Shown one piece after another: positions 1 through 7,984 of a stretch of 64,000 nucleotides of DNA. This DNA comes from a virus. The stretch lies in the IMG/VR virus record IMGVR_UViG_3300028115_000009, positions 23,573 through 87,572 of that record. One strand, written 5' to 3'. The translations under genes were made by a program, and so were the position numbers. Within the stretch, counting starts at the first letter, position 1; each line of letters begins with the position of its first letter. The notes beneath the pieces are model-generated. The model made no database searches. It had not been told where the DNA came from and saw nothing but the letters and a program-made list of their open reading frames with translations.

Positions 1-568
1 TACTTGCAAGTGGAGTATAATCGCCGCCGTCAAAATCTACAACACCGTCAGTAGTAGTAATTACAATAGGAGTCTTAGTTGTAAATGTTTGGCCGCCAGT
101 TGTAGTAACTGGTGCTCCGTTCCATTGTTGAATACCGTAACGTGAACTTGTGGTATCAAACCAATAAGTTCCTGCTAATGGGTCTGCACTAGGAGCAGTA
201 GCAGTTGGTTCCAATTCGCCTAAGTCAATGTCTGCACGTACTACCCACGCTCTGTTGCTAACACCTAACAAACTGTATGCTGCCTGCAAGCCGTATTCAT
301 TAAGTTCGCCACCGTGAATTGGATTGTTGTTTGCATCAATTTGGAACAGTGGATCACCAAATGTGTCCGCTAAATCTCGTTGTGATGTGAGCAAGTAAGG
401 TTTACCTGCGTTAGCTGCTAGTGTACCTTGTGCGGTTCCTGTTCCAGCTGCATTAGTTTTATTACTTGCAGTTGCAACAAATACCATTGGTACTGTACCT
501 GGTTCAGCCGGAGTGTAGAAACTCTCGTCAATTACGCTAACCTGTACGCCTGGTGATGTCAATGCCAT
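1..568 (-). CDS. gp18: Tail sheath protein (T4 gp18-like), 5' part; runs off the left edge
   Basis: Not in the ORF track. Read manually from ATG at 568: MALTSPGVQVSVIDESFYTPAEPGTVP...LTSQRDLADTFGDPLF...GGELNEYGLQAAYSLLGVSNRAWVVRAD, the typical sheath N-terminus. SD GGAG and TAAATA lie upstream. Confidence 0.92.
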   Translation of the reverse strand, partial: MALTSPGVQVSVIDESFYTPAEPGTVPMVFVATASNKTNAAGTGTAQGTLAANAGKPYLLTSQRDLADTFGDPLFQIDANNNPIHGGELNEYGLQAAYSLLGVSNRAWVVRADIDLGELEPTATAPSADPLAGTYWFDTTSSRYGIQQWNGAPVTTTGGQTFTTKTPIVITTTDGVVDFDGGDYTPLAS

Positions 569-600
569 ATCGTTTTCTCCTATTGGATTGTTATTGTTAG

Positions 601-606
601 TATTTA
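601..606 (-). promoter_or_regulatory. T4-type late promoter core (TAAATA) for the sheath gene
   Basis: TAAATA on the minus strand about 33 nt upstream of the ATG. The same motif precedes most structural genes in the window. Confidence 0.65.
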
Positions 607-665
607 GCATACTACAATAAATTTATACGAGTTATAGCGGTATAAAAGGGGCCGAAAAGGTGAGG

Positions 666-671
666 TAAATA
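666..671 (+). promoter_or_regulatory. Late promoter core TAAATA directly upstream of ATG 676
   Basis: TAAATAcaatATG, identical to the motif at 63593-63581. Confidence 0.6.
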
Positions 672-675
672 CAAT

Positions 676-1011
676 ATGAGACCATTATGCAAGTGCGGCC
701 AGCGTCCTGCGGCTATAAATTACAAGAAAGACGGTAAAATATATTATCGTAAATTATGCGAACGTTGCTTGCGCAATGGAGTTAGCCACGGCGTACCTAA
801 ATGGAAGCAGCGTGGCTATAAAAAGAAAGACTTTTGTGAAAAATGTGGATTCAAAAGTAAACACGCCGAACAATTCAACGTGTTTCACATAGACGGCGAT
901 CTAAATAATTGCAGTCCTACTAATCTTAAGACAATATGTGCGAACTGTCAACGTCTGTTGCAGAAGGAAGGTATCCGTTGGAAACAGGGAGACTTAGTCC
1001 CTGATTTTTAA
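676..1011 (+). CDS. Zn-binding HNH-like protein
   Basis: CxC, CxxC and CxxC motifs plus FHIDGDLNN...NLKTICANC (HNH-type core; the final His is replaced by Gln). Confidence 0.7.
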   Translation: MRPLCKCGQRPAAINYKKDGKIYYRKLCERCLRNGVSHGVPKWKQRGYKKKDFCEKCGFKSKHAEQFNVFHIDGDLNNCSPTNLKTICANCQRLLQKEGIRWKQGDLVPDF

Positions 1012-1504
1012 AGATAGTGCGTATTAATACTTCTACGTTGTTTTTAAGTCTTGCTAGATCGCCATTGTTGTCAATAGTGTAATCACACATCCATTGCTCA
1101 ATACTCATTGAACTAGGATCTTCTTTTGGCAAATGATCACACCGATCGACCCAAATAGCATAATCAAAAATTTCTTCATTTTGCATTGCGAAGAATTCTC
1201 TACGATTACGTAAGCCACAATAAATTTGATGATCTTTAAACAGGTTACGCCCCAGTCTTGCTAAATCGTCCTTGCAGTAATCATGAATCATATTGTACCA
1301 TTCAGTACGATGATTATGTCGGTCTGCATAACACTCTTCTTCGTTAGCATATCCGTATTTGTCTTTTAGTTCGTTAAAGATAAACAGCTCTGAACAGAAC
1401 TTTGAACTTGATTCAAACTTATAACCGTAATCTTGTAAAATTTCACAAACGGTATCTTTGCCATGTCTGCCATGACCAACTATTAATAATTTAGGTAAAC
1501 GCAT
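926..1504 (-). CDS. Deoxynucleoside monophosphate kinase-like P-loop protein (T4 gp1-like)
   Basis: N-terminal P-loop GHGRHGKDT and C-terminal DYTIDNNGDL typical of phage dNMP kinases. Confidence 0.7.
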   Translation of the reverse strand: MRLPKLLIVGHGRHGKDTVCEILQDYGYKFESSSKFCSELFIFNELKDKYGYANEEECYADRHNHRTEWYNMIHDYCKDDLARLGRNLFKDHQIYCGLRNRREFFAMQNEEIFDYAIWVDRCDHLPKEDPSSMSIEQWMCDYTIDNNGDLARLKNNVEVLIRTIFKNQGLSLPVSNGYLPSATDVDSSHILS

Positions 1505-1532
1505 TATTATTTAGAACTCCATTGTTCTAAAC

Positions 1533-1561
1533 AGTATATACTAAATTATTATAAATGTCAA
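1533..1561 (-). promoter_or_regulatory. Sigma70-type promoter for the dNMP kinase gene
   Basis: Minus strand TTGACA (1561-1556), 17 nt spacer, TATACT (1538-1533); SD GGAG at 1520-1517. Confidence 0.8.
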
Positions 1562-1568
1562 CTATTTT

Positions 1569-2318
1569 TTATCCGATTAAGAATCCGTATCCATTGCCGC
1601 CGGCCATTGCCATTGAAATTTCAGTTTCGAGCTTTTCCATTTCAGCCTGTGCTTCTGATTTTAAACTTGACCCGTTTAAACTTGTTCCGCCTTGTGGTCC
1701 TGCAATAGTAGCAAACTTTTCTCTTGCTTCGCCTAGCATATATTTGCAAGTTGCAAGAGTATAATCTTTAATCCATTGTACTGCCATGTAGTCTGATAAC
1801 AGTTGCTCATCTGGACGATAATTGTACACATATAACATTAGTGTTTCTTCTGTTCTAGGACGCTGAAGAATTGTTAACTTTTTAGTAGTGCTATTCCAAC
1901 TAAATTCAATAAAACTACCGAACATACGTCCTACAAGTTCTTGATATTGTGAAAACATATCGTATGTAGCAAGGCCGCCCATGTTACTAGAACTCAACAA
2001 GTATGTATTTGTGTACGCCATGTTAAACGGCTCGAATACTGTACCGCCGTCTCCGCCGCCAGTTCGCGATCCAATGCTTCTACGGAAAATTTGACGAACT
2101 TCAACAACTTCTCGGGGTAATGTATATTCGTTTTGATCTACTACTGTAGGCATAAACAAATAGCTCTCTTCTACTGAATTTTCAGTACGTTGTCTATAGC
2201 GTGTCAGTGCTTTCTTTAATGCAGTTTCGTAGTGGATCGGATCGAGTTCAACATCGACCATTCCACCGCCTAGTAGCGTGTGTACGTAATCATATACTTC
2301 TTGTTTTGTAGTTGCCAT
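1569..2318 (-). CDS. gp13: Neck protein (T4 gp13-like)
   Basis: LGGGMVDVEL start, WIKDYTLATCKYMLGEAREKF...PQGGTSLNG...EA motif; divergent from gp14. Confidence 0.85.
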   Translation of the reverse strand: MATTKQEVYDYVHTLLGGGMVDVELDPIHYETALKKALTRYRQRTENSVEESYLFMPTVVDQNEYTLPREVVEVRQIFRRSIGSRTGGGDGGTVFEPFNMAYTNTYLLSSSNMGGLATYDMFSQYQELVGRMFGSFIEFSWNSTTKKLTILQRPRTEETLMLYVYNYRPDEQLLSDYMAVQWIKDYTLATCKYMLGEAREKFATIAGPQGGTSLNGSSLKSEAQAEMEKLETEISMAMAGGNGYGFLIG

Positions 2319-2337
2319 GTTTTAATGTCTCCATTAG

Positions 2338-2369
2338 TATTTATCGTAACTGCTGCAAGACGCTAAATA
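2338..2369. promoter_or_regulatory. Back-to-back late promoter cores for gp13 (minus, 2338-2343) and gp14 (plus, 2364-2369)
   Basis: TATTTA at 2338 and TAAATA at 2364 in the short divergent intergenic region. Confidence 0.65.
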
Positions 2370-2374
2370 TGTAT

Positions 2375-3508
2375 ATGCCACGATTAAGTTTATATAAACC
2401 GCAAAAAGGTAACGACTACCACTTTATAGACAAGCAAGTGCTTGAGATGTTTACTGTTGGCGGTACTGACCTTCATGTACACAAATACTTGGGTACAGAG
2501 AATCCTACTGATGCAGATGCAACAGCAGATAAACCCCAATATGATAGTGTAAAACCTACTAACATACAAGATCTACTATTCCTTGAAAATAGAGATAGAA
2601 AATATGATCCTGACGTATACACGTTGCGTGGAATTTATAATGTACAAGACATTGACTTTAATATGAGTCAATTTGGTTTATTCTTAAGCAACGATACATT
2701 GATGCTTACTGTGCATATAAACAGTAGTGTAAAAACTATAGGCAGAAAGATTATTGCAGGCGATGTAATTGAATTGCCGCACTTAAAAGACGAATACGCA
2801 TTAAATGACTATAGCGTAGCACTTAAAAGATTTTATGTTGTAGAAGATGTAAATCGTGCAAGTGAAGGATTTAGCCAGACTTGGTATCCGCATTTGTATC
2901 GTTTAAAATTAAAACAAATAGTAGACAGCCAAGAGTTTAAAGAAATTCTTGACTTACCTGCAGAAGAAGAAAATCCAGGTGGAAATACATTGCGTGATTT
3001 GCTTTCAACATATGATAAAGAAATGCAAATTAATCAGGCAATTATTAATCAAGCAGAAGCTGATGCAGCGAAATCAGGATATGACACAAATCATTACTTT
3101 AGTTTGCAATTAGATGCAAACGGCAATACTGAATTAGTTGATACTGATGCTGATGGTGTTCCTGACACTATGCAAACAGTTGACCGTCCAGGATATAACG
3201 GTTATCTGTTAGGCGACGGTATCCCTACAAACGGTGAAGCATTTGGGTTTGGTATTACATTTGCAGCAGATCCACAAACTGGAGATTTCTTTCTACGTAC
3301 AGATTTTTCACCAAACAGATTATTTAGATACGACGGCACACGCTGGGTTAAACAAGAAGATAATGTACGTATGACATTGAGTAATACTGACACTCGTAGC
3401 ACTCAGAAAGGTACGTTTGTTAATAATACTAATACTAGTACAATTGCCGGTGATACTATTATTGAGCGCCAGAGCTTGTCAAACGCATTGAGACCTAAGG
3501 CAGATTAA
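2375..3508 (+). CDS. gp14: Neck/head-closure protein (T4 gp14-like) with C-terminal extension; start reassigned from 2312 to 2375
   Basis: MPRLSLYKP...QDLLFLENRDRKY...SQFGLFL...GDVIELPHL; position between gp13 and gp15. The 2312 start would overlap gp13 and its promoter. Confidence 0.8.
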   Translation: MPRLSLYKPQKGNDYHFIDKQVLEMFTVGGTDLHVHKYLGTENPTDADATADKPQYDSVKPTNIQDLLFLENRDRKYDPDVYTLRGIYNVQDIDFNMSQFGLFLSNDTLMLTVHINSSVKTIGRKIIAGDVIELPHLKDEYALNDYSVALKRFYVVEDVNRASEGFSQTWYPHLYRLKLKQIVDSQEFKEILDLPAEEENPGGNTLRDLLSTYDKEMQINQAIINQAEADAAKSGYDTNHYFSLQLDANGNTELVDTDADGVPDTMQTVDRPGYNGYLLGDGIPTNGEAFGFGITFAADPQTGDFFLRTDFSPNRLFRYDGTRWVKQEDNVRMTLSNTDTRSTQKGTFVNNTNTSTIAGDTIIERQSLSNALRPKAD

Positions 3509-3510
3509 TT

Positions 3511-4476
3511 ATGAAATATAGAGATATAAAGTTATCCGAAGTTAACATTAACGAAGTGGCAGATAAACCAACAGAATTGTGCAGGGCATTACAACGTGCT
3601 GCCCGTGAACAAAGACCTGTTGCTTTAAGACTTGCACGTACTCAAATGGACAGATATTTGGCACGTTATCCTGAATGGCGCGACTATTTAGAAAATTGTC
3701 TCGGTAGTGTTGGAGGCAGTGACGGAACAGGATTATCAGGTGACGGACCAGGTTCTGGAACAACAGGATCTGGTCAAGCAGCCGGCGGCAACGGAGATGG
3801 TGTTGCATCAGGAACAACAGGCGACGGACCAGGAGGAGATACTGCTGGTACAGGTCGTAAAGGCGATGCTGGTGAAAGTCCGGGCGCAGGAAGTGGTTCT
3901 AAATCTAATAGCGGCGTTCCTGATGGTGATGAAGCAGGAACAGGAACGGATCAACCAAGTACTTCAGATAAAGCTGCACAAGATGCTGCTAATCAAGCTG
4001 CCGCTGAAGCTGCCGAAAGAGAGGCTGCTGCCCGAAGGGCTGAAGAAGCTGCTGCTGAAGAAAAACGTGCAGCTGATGCTAGAGCTGAAGAAGCTGCTGC
4101 TGAGGCAAAACGTGCAGCTGATCGAGCTGCAAGAGAAGAAGCTGAACGTGCTGCACAAGAAGCTGAACGAGCTGCTGCTGCTGAACGTGCTGCACAAGAA
4201 TCTGCAAGAGCAGCAGCAGCTGAAAAAGAAGCTGCTGAACGTGCAGCGGAAGCAAGAGCTGCTGAGATTGCTGCTGAAGAACGTAAAAGAATCGAAGCTG
4301 AAAAAGAAGCTGCTGCAAGAGAAGCAGAACGAGTAGCAGCAGAAGAAGCTGCTGCTGAAGCTAAAGCAGAAGCAGACAAAGCTGCGCAAGAAGCGGCAAG
4401 AGCTAGTGAAACTCCAGCAACGCCTGATGGATCTGCTACTCCAGGTGGCAGTATCAAGTGGGGAGACTTAGAATGA
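3511..4476 (+). CDS. Hypothetical protein with a Gly-rich linker and a long Ala/Glu/Arg helical repeat; putative capsid internal protein
   Basis: Low-complexity G/S/T segment followed by about 130 aa of EAAAE/RAA repeats; N-terminus MKYRDIKLSE. Confidence 0.7.
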   Translation: MKYRDIKLSEVNINEVADKPTELCRALQRAAREQRPVALRLARTQMDRYLARYPEWRDYLENCLGSVGGSDGTGLSGDGPGSGTTGSGQAAGGNGDGVASGTTGDGPGGDTAGTGRKGDAGESPGAGSGSKSNSGVPDGDEAGTGTDQPSTSDKAAQDAANQAAAEAAEREAAARRAEEAAAEEKRAADARAEEAAAEAKRAADRAAREEAERAAQEAERAAAAERAAQESARAAAAEKEAAERAAEARAAEIAAEERKRIEAEKEAAAREAERVAAEEAAAEAKAEADKAAQEAARASETPATPDGSATPGGSIKWGDLE

Positions 4477-5126
4477 GATTTAACGAATTTAAATCAATAA
4501 TTAAAGAAGCTGCTGATACACAGTCTATAACTGTACATTTTGCAGATGGCACAACTAAAGCCATCACTGATATTCCAATAACAGTATTTAATTCTTCAAA
4601 TTTTGAACAGTCTCTTAGAGATAAGATGAATAGGAATTTTCCTAATTCAGAATATAGTAGATTTACTGTCAAAGTAGATTTCGAACCAACTGCTGATGAA
4701 AAACAGCAAATGGAAAATGTTAATAATTTATATGATCTCATAAGAAGAGAGATTGCAAAACTATTTACTGCTGATGGTGCAAATACACCTTTTCCGGATA
4801 ATATTTCTTTTTCTTACAGGGTAGGCGATTCTAATAATTCAATACCCGACGTTAAAGAAGCATTTGATATTACAACATACAATAATACTAGAGATCCTAA
4901 GTCTGACAAATATGGAGCAATTCACGAAGAAGGTTGGCCAGTATCAGTCGGCGATTTTGATGATCTAAAACAAAAGATAATTGATAAACTTGAAGCAGGA
5001 GATGTGATTGCATTAGGTTCGGCTCCAAACGAAGCACAACAGGATGGGTCATACAGGATTACTATTGCTCCTAATTCATTCCAATATAAACGAGAATTAG
5101 ATATGTATAACGGAGGCAGTAAATGA
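4473..5126 (+). CDS. Hypothetical protein, putative capsid internal protein (start at 4473)
   Basis: ATGA overlap with the upstream stop and SD GGAG at 4462; N-terminus MRFNEFKSIIKEA; shares a domain with the next gene. Confidence 0.7.
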   Translation: MRFNEFKSIIKEAADTQSITVHFADGTTKAITDIPITVFNSSNFEQSLRDKMNRNFPNSEYSRFTVKVDFEPTADEKQQMENVNNLYDLIRREIAKLFTADGANTPFPDNISFSYRVGDSNNSIPDVKEAFDITTYNNTRDPKSDKYGAIHEEGWPVSVGDFDDLKQKIIDKLEAGDVIALGSAPNEAQQDGSYRITIAPNSFQYKRELDMYNGGSK

Positions 5127-6031
5127 GATATAAAGAATTTAGAGTATCGTTATCGGAACAAACAGCTCCAGGTACAGTAAGTGTCATGGTGTATTTTGAA
5201 GATAACACAACACAAGTCATTGATGATATTCCTTTATCAGTTTTCAATAGTCCTGATTTTATGTCTCAACTTAGAGAAAGACTATTAAGAAAATACAATA
5301 AAATTGTTGTAAGGTATGCAAAAGTAGGTGATACTAATACACAAGGCAATCCAGATGGTAATACACCTGATACTGAAATTCCTACAACGTTAACTACTAA
5401 GCAAGATAAGGATATTGAAATTCAACAACGTCCTGATGAGGTACAAGCGCCTGTAGATGATTCTGATAGAACAACCTGGTCCGGAGTTACTATATTATCT
5501 CAGTCTGAGGTTGCTGCGATGTACAATGCGCGAGCAGATAGACTTGACGCTGATAGAGATAACAAAGATGATGAAACTGGTGAAGAAGTTCTAAGACAAG
5601 ATAACCAAGGTAACTGGGTAGACGCCCAAGGAAATCCAGCAGGACCTACTATTTCAGTTCCAAAACTAGGCGGCGGCAGCGCAGGTGCAGAAGGCGAAGG
5701 AGGCGAAGAAGGCCAAGAAGGTGGACCAGGAAGCATAATAGGCGATTTATACGATGCTATAACTGGACCCGGTACTAATGAAACTAAATTAATCGATGCT
5801 CTAAAAAGAATTAAGTCTCCCGCACAGTTAACTCAAGTGGTTAGATCTTATAAAGAAGCACATAACAGTAGTTTACCTGACGATATAATAAATGAGTTTT
5901 TTTACGATCTCGGAAATAATACACCATCAGTTGTTGAAGAAGTTAATAATGTAATGGTTCCGTTAGGTTGGAGAATAGTAGGTAATAGATACTCAACCCT
6001 TAGATGGGAAAAAGTAACAGGTAATTCATAA
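5123..6031 (+). CDS. Putative capsid internal protein with a C-terminal annexin-like repeat
   Basis: LYDAITGPGTNETKLIDALKRIKSPAQLTQVVRSYKEAHNSSLPDDIINEF matches the annexin repeat pattern; ATGA-coupled to the previous gene. Confidence 0.7.
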   Translation: MRYKEFRVSLSEQTAPGTVSVMVYFEDNTTQVIDDIPLSVFNSPDFMSQLRERLLRKYNKIVVRYAKVGDTNTQGNPDGNTPDTEIPTTLTTKQDKDIEIQQRPDEVQAPVDDSDRTTWSGVTILSQSEVAAMYNARADRLDADRDNKDDETGEEVLRQDNQGNWVDAQGNPAGPTISVPKLGGGSAGAEGEGGEEGQEGGPGSIIGDLYDAITGPGTNETKLIDALKRIKSPAQLTQVVRSYKEAHNSSLPDDIINEFFYDLGNNTPSVVEEVNNVMVPLGWRIVGNRYSTLRWEKVTGNS

Positions 6032-7506
6032 TGCAACATTTTTACGACGGTCAAATCCGCAGATATATTACACAAATAGTTCGCTTGATGAGTAACTTTA
6101 GTTACAAAGATGGCAAAGGCAACTTGACACAGATTCCAGTAATGTATGGAGATTTGACCCGTCAAGTTGCTAACATTATTAGAGAAAACAGCGAAAACAA
6201 AATTCCAAGTGCGCCTCGCATGGCGGTGTATATCACTGGTCTGGAACTTGATACTAATCGCCTAAGCGATAGTAGTTATGTTAATAAAATGAACATTAGA
6301 GAACGTGCATACGATGCTAATGGTCAAGAGTATTTAAATACCGAAGGTAAGAATTATACAGTAGAACGTCTAATGCCTACTCCGTATACACTAACAGTAA
6401 ATGTAGATATATGGAGTTCAAATACAGATCAAAAGCTACAAATATTAGAACAAATATTAATGTTGTTTAATCCAAGTTTAGAAATTCAAACAACTGATAA
6501 CTATGTCGACTGGACAAGTTTAAGTGTAGTAAATTTAACTGGGACAGTTTTTAGTAGTAGATCGATACCTACAGGAACTGAGAGCGACATTGATATTGCT
6601 ACATTAACTTTTACAACTCCAATCTATATTAGTCCACCTGTTAAAGTTAAACGTCTCGGAGTTGTTACGCAAGTCATTAATAGCATCTTTAACGATACCA
6701 GAGGTGAGATTGATCTTGATTTATCACGAGTAGCAGCAGCTGATATTAGAACTCAAGTAGTAGTTGCAAATACAGGCGAAATACAAGAAAAAATCGACAA
6801 TGAAGGTACATTTATTAATGGAGTTGACATTGCAATTTCGTCCGGTCATGACAACTACGGATTGCTAGTAATGGGAACAACTGCTAAATTAGTCAGAAAA
6901 GGCATAGTAGGCGCAGAAACTTGGCCAGGGTATTTAACATCTATGCCATTTGTATTTGATGCAGGCGTTACTGAATTAAGACTTAATCGCAGAGATTTAG
7001 ATAACGAAGTTGTGGGCACTGTTGTAGTTAATCCATTAGATCCATACGAATTATCAATTGTATGGGACGCTGACACGCTACCTGCAGATACAGTTATTAG
7101 TGGCCCGAATGGTGATCGTAACAAAATTGATTATATTATTAATCCGTATAAAACTAATCCTACAGATTTAAAATCAAGTAATCCTCGTATATTAATACTT
7201 CTTGATATTAATAATAGTGAAAACGTCGGGCAAGATGCAGGGTACGAAACCCCTGATAATTTTGCATACGACGGACCAGATGCTTGGAAAAATGCAGACG
7301 GTTCTGATTTTGTAGCAGGCGCTAACGACATTATTGAATGGGATGGCACTAACTGGATTGTAGTATTTGATGCTAGCGCTCAAGACGACACAGTTATATA
7401 TACTTCTAATCTTAATACTGGCAAACAATATAAATTTGAAAACGGCGAATGGATATTAGCATACGACGGTGAATATCCAAACGGCACTTGGAGACTCGCA
7501 TACTAA
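6031..7506 (+). CDS. gp15: Tail sheath stabiliser/terminator (T4 gp15-like) with extra C-terminal domain
   Basis: MQHFYDGQIRRYITQ...IPVMYG...PRMAVYITGL...PTPYTL...DQKLQILEQILMLFNP. Confidence 0.85.
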   Translation: MQHFYDGQIRRYITQIVRLMSNFSYKDGKGNLTQIPVMYGDLTRQVANIIRENSENKIPSAPRMAVYITGLELDTNRLSDSSYVNKMNIRERAYDANGQEYLNTEGKNYTVERLMPTPYTLTVNVDIWSSNTDQKLQILEQILMLFNPSLEIQTTDNYVDWTSLSVVNLTGTVFSSRSIPTGTESDIDIATLTFTTPIYISPPVKVKRLGVVTQVINSIFNDTRGEIDLDLSRVAAADIRTQVVVANTGEIQEKIDNEGTFINGVDIAISSGHDNYGLLVMGTTAKLVRKGIVGAETWPGYLTSMPFVFDAGVTELRLNRRDLDNEVVGTVVVNPLDPYELSIVWDADTLPADTVISGPNGDRNKIDYIINPYKTNPTDLKSSNPRILILLDINNSENVGQDAGYETPDNFAYDGPDAWKNADGSDFVAGANDIIEWDGTNWIVVFDASAQDDTVIYTSNLNTGKQYKFENGEWILAYDGEYPNGTWRLAY

Positions 7507-7519
7507 GATAATTATTAGT

Positions 7520-7960
7520 ATGAAGACTGATAAGATTATTTGCAGTGGTGCAATCGTATATGCCCTTAATACTAAACGTTTTTTATTCTTACATAGGGTA
7601 AAAGGACGCTCTGGTAATTTGTGGGGGCTTGTCGGTGGCACTAATGAAGGATGCGAATCACCATGGGAAGGTCTTAAACGTGAGATCTTTGAAGAGATTG
7701 GTGAAATCTCTATTATAAAAACAATGCCGTTAGAAACGTTTATTAGTAATGATAGCCGATTCCATTTTCATACATACCTAAGTGTAGTCGATCAAGAGTT
7801 TATGCCTTTGCTCAACGAAGAGCATGACGGGTATGCATGGGTTGAATTCGGTAAATGGCCAAAACCTTTACACCACGGACTAAAAAACACACTTCAAAAT
7901 AAAGTTAATTTAAGCAAATTAGAAACAGTGTTTAAAGTAATTGATTTACTTGACAAATAA
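7520..7960 (+). CDS. NUDIX hydrolase (start reassigned to 7520)
   Basis: Nudix box GGTNEGCESPWEGLKREIFEEIG and LNEEHDGYAW; the 7469 start overlaps gp15. Confidence 0.85.
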   Translation: MKTDKIICSGAIVYALNTKRFLFLHRVKGRSGNLWGLVGGTNEGCESPWEGLKREIFEEIGEISIIKTMPLETFISNDSRFHFHTYLSVVDQEFMPLLNEEHDGYAWVEFGKWPKPLHHGLKNTLQNKVNLSKLETVFKVIDLLDK

Positions 7961-7978
7961 CTTAAGAGATAGTATAAT
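7950..7978 (+). promoter_or_regulatory. Perfect consensus sigma70 promoter for the heptose operon
   Basis: TTGACA (7950-7955), 17 nt spacer, TATAAT (7973-7978); ATG at 7985 with no SD. Confidence 0.85.
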
Positions 7979-7984
7979 TTAAAC

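Noticed and set aside
3548-4457. Several overlapping alternative-frame ORFs (3707-4336, 3964-4389, 3993-4457, 4079-4318)
   Set aside because: They are shadows of the GCT/GAA-rich repeat in 3511-4476, with no SD and only low-complexity translations.
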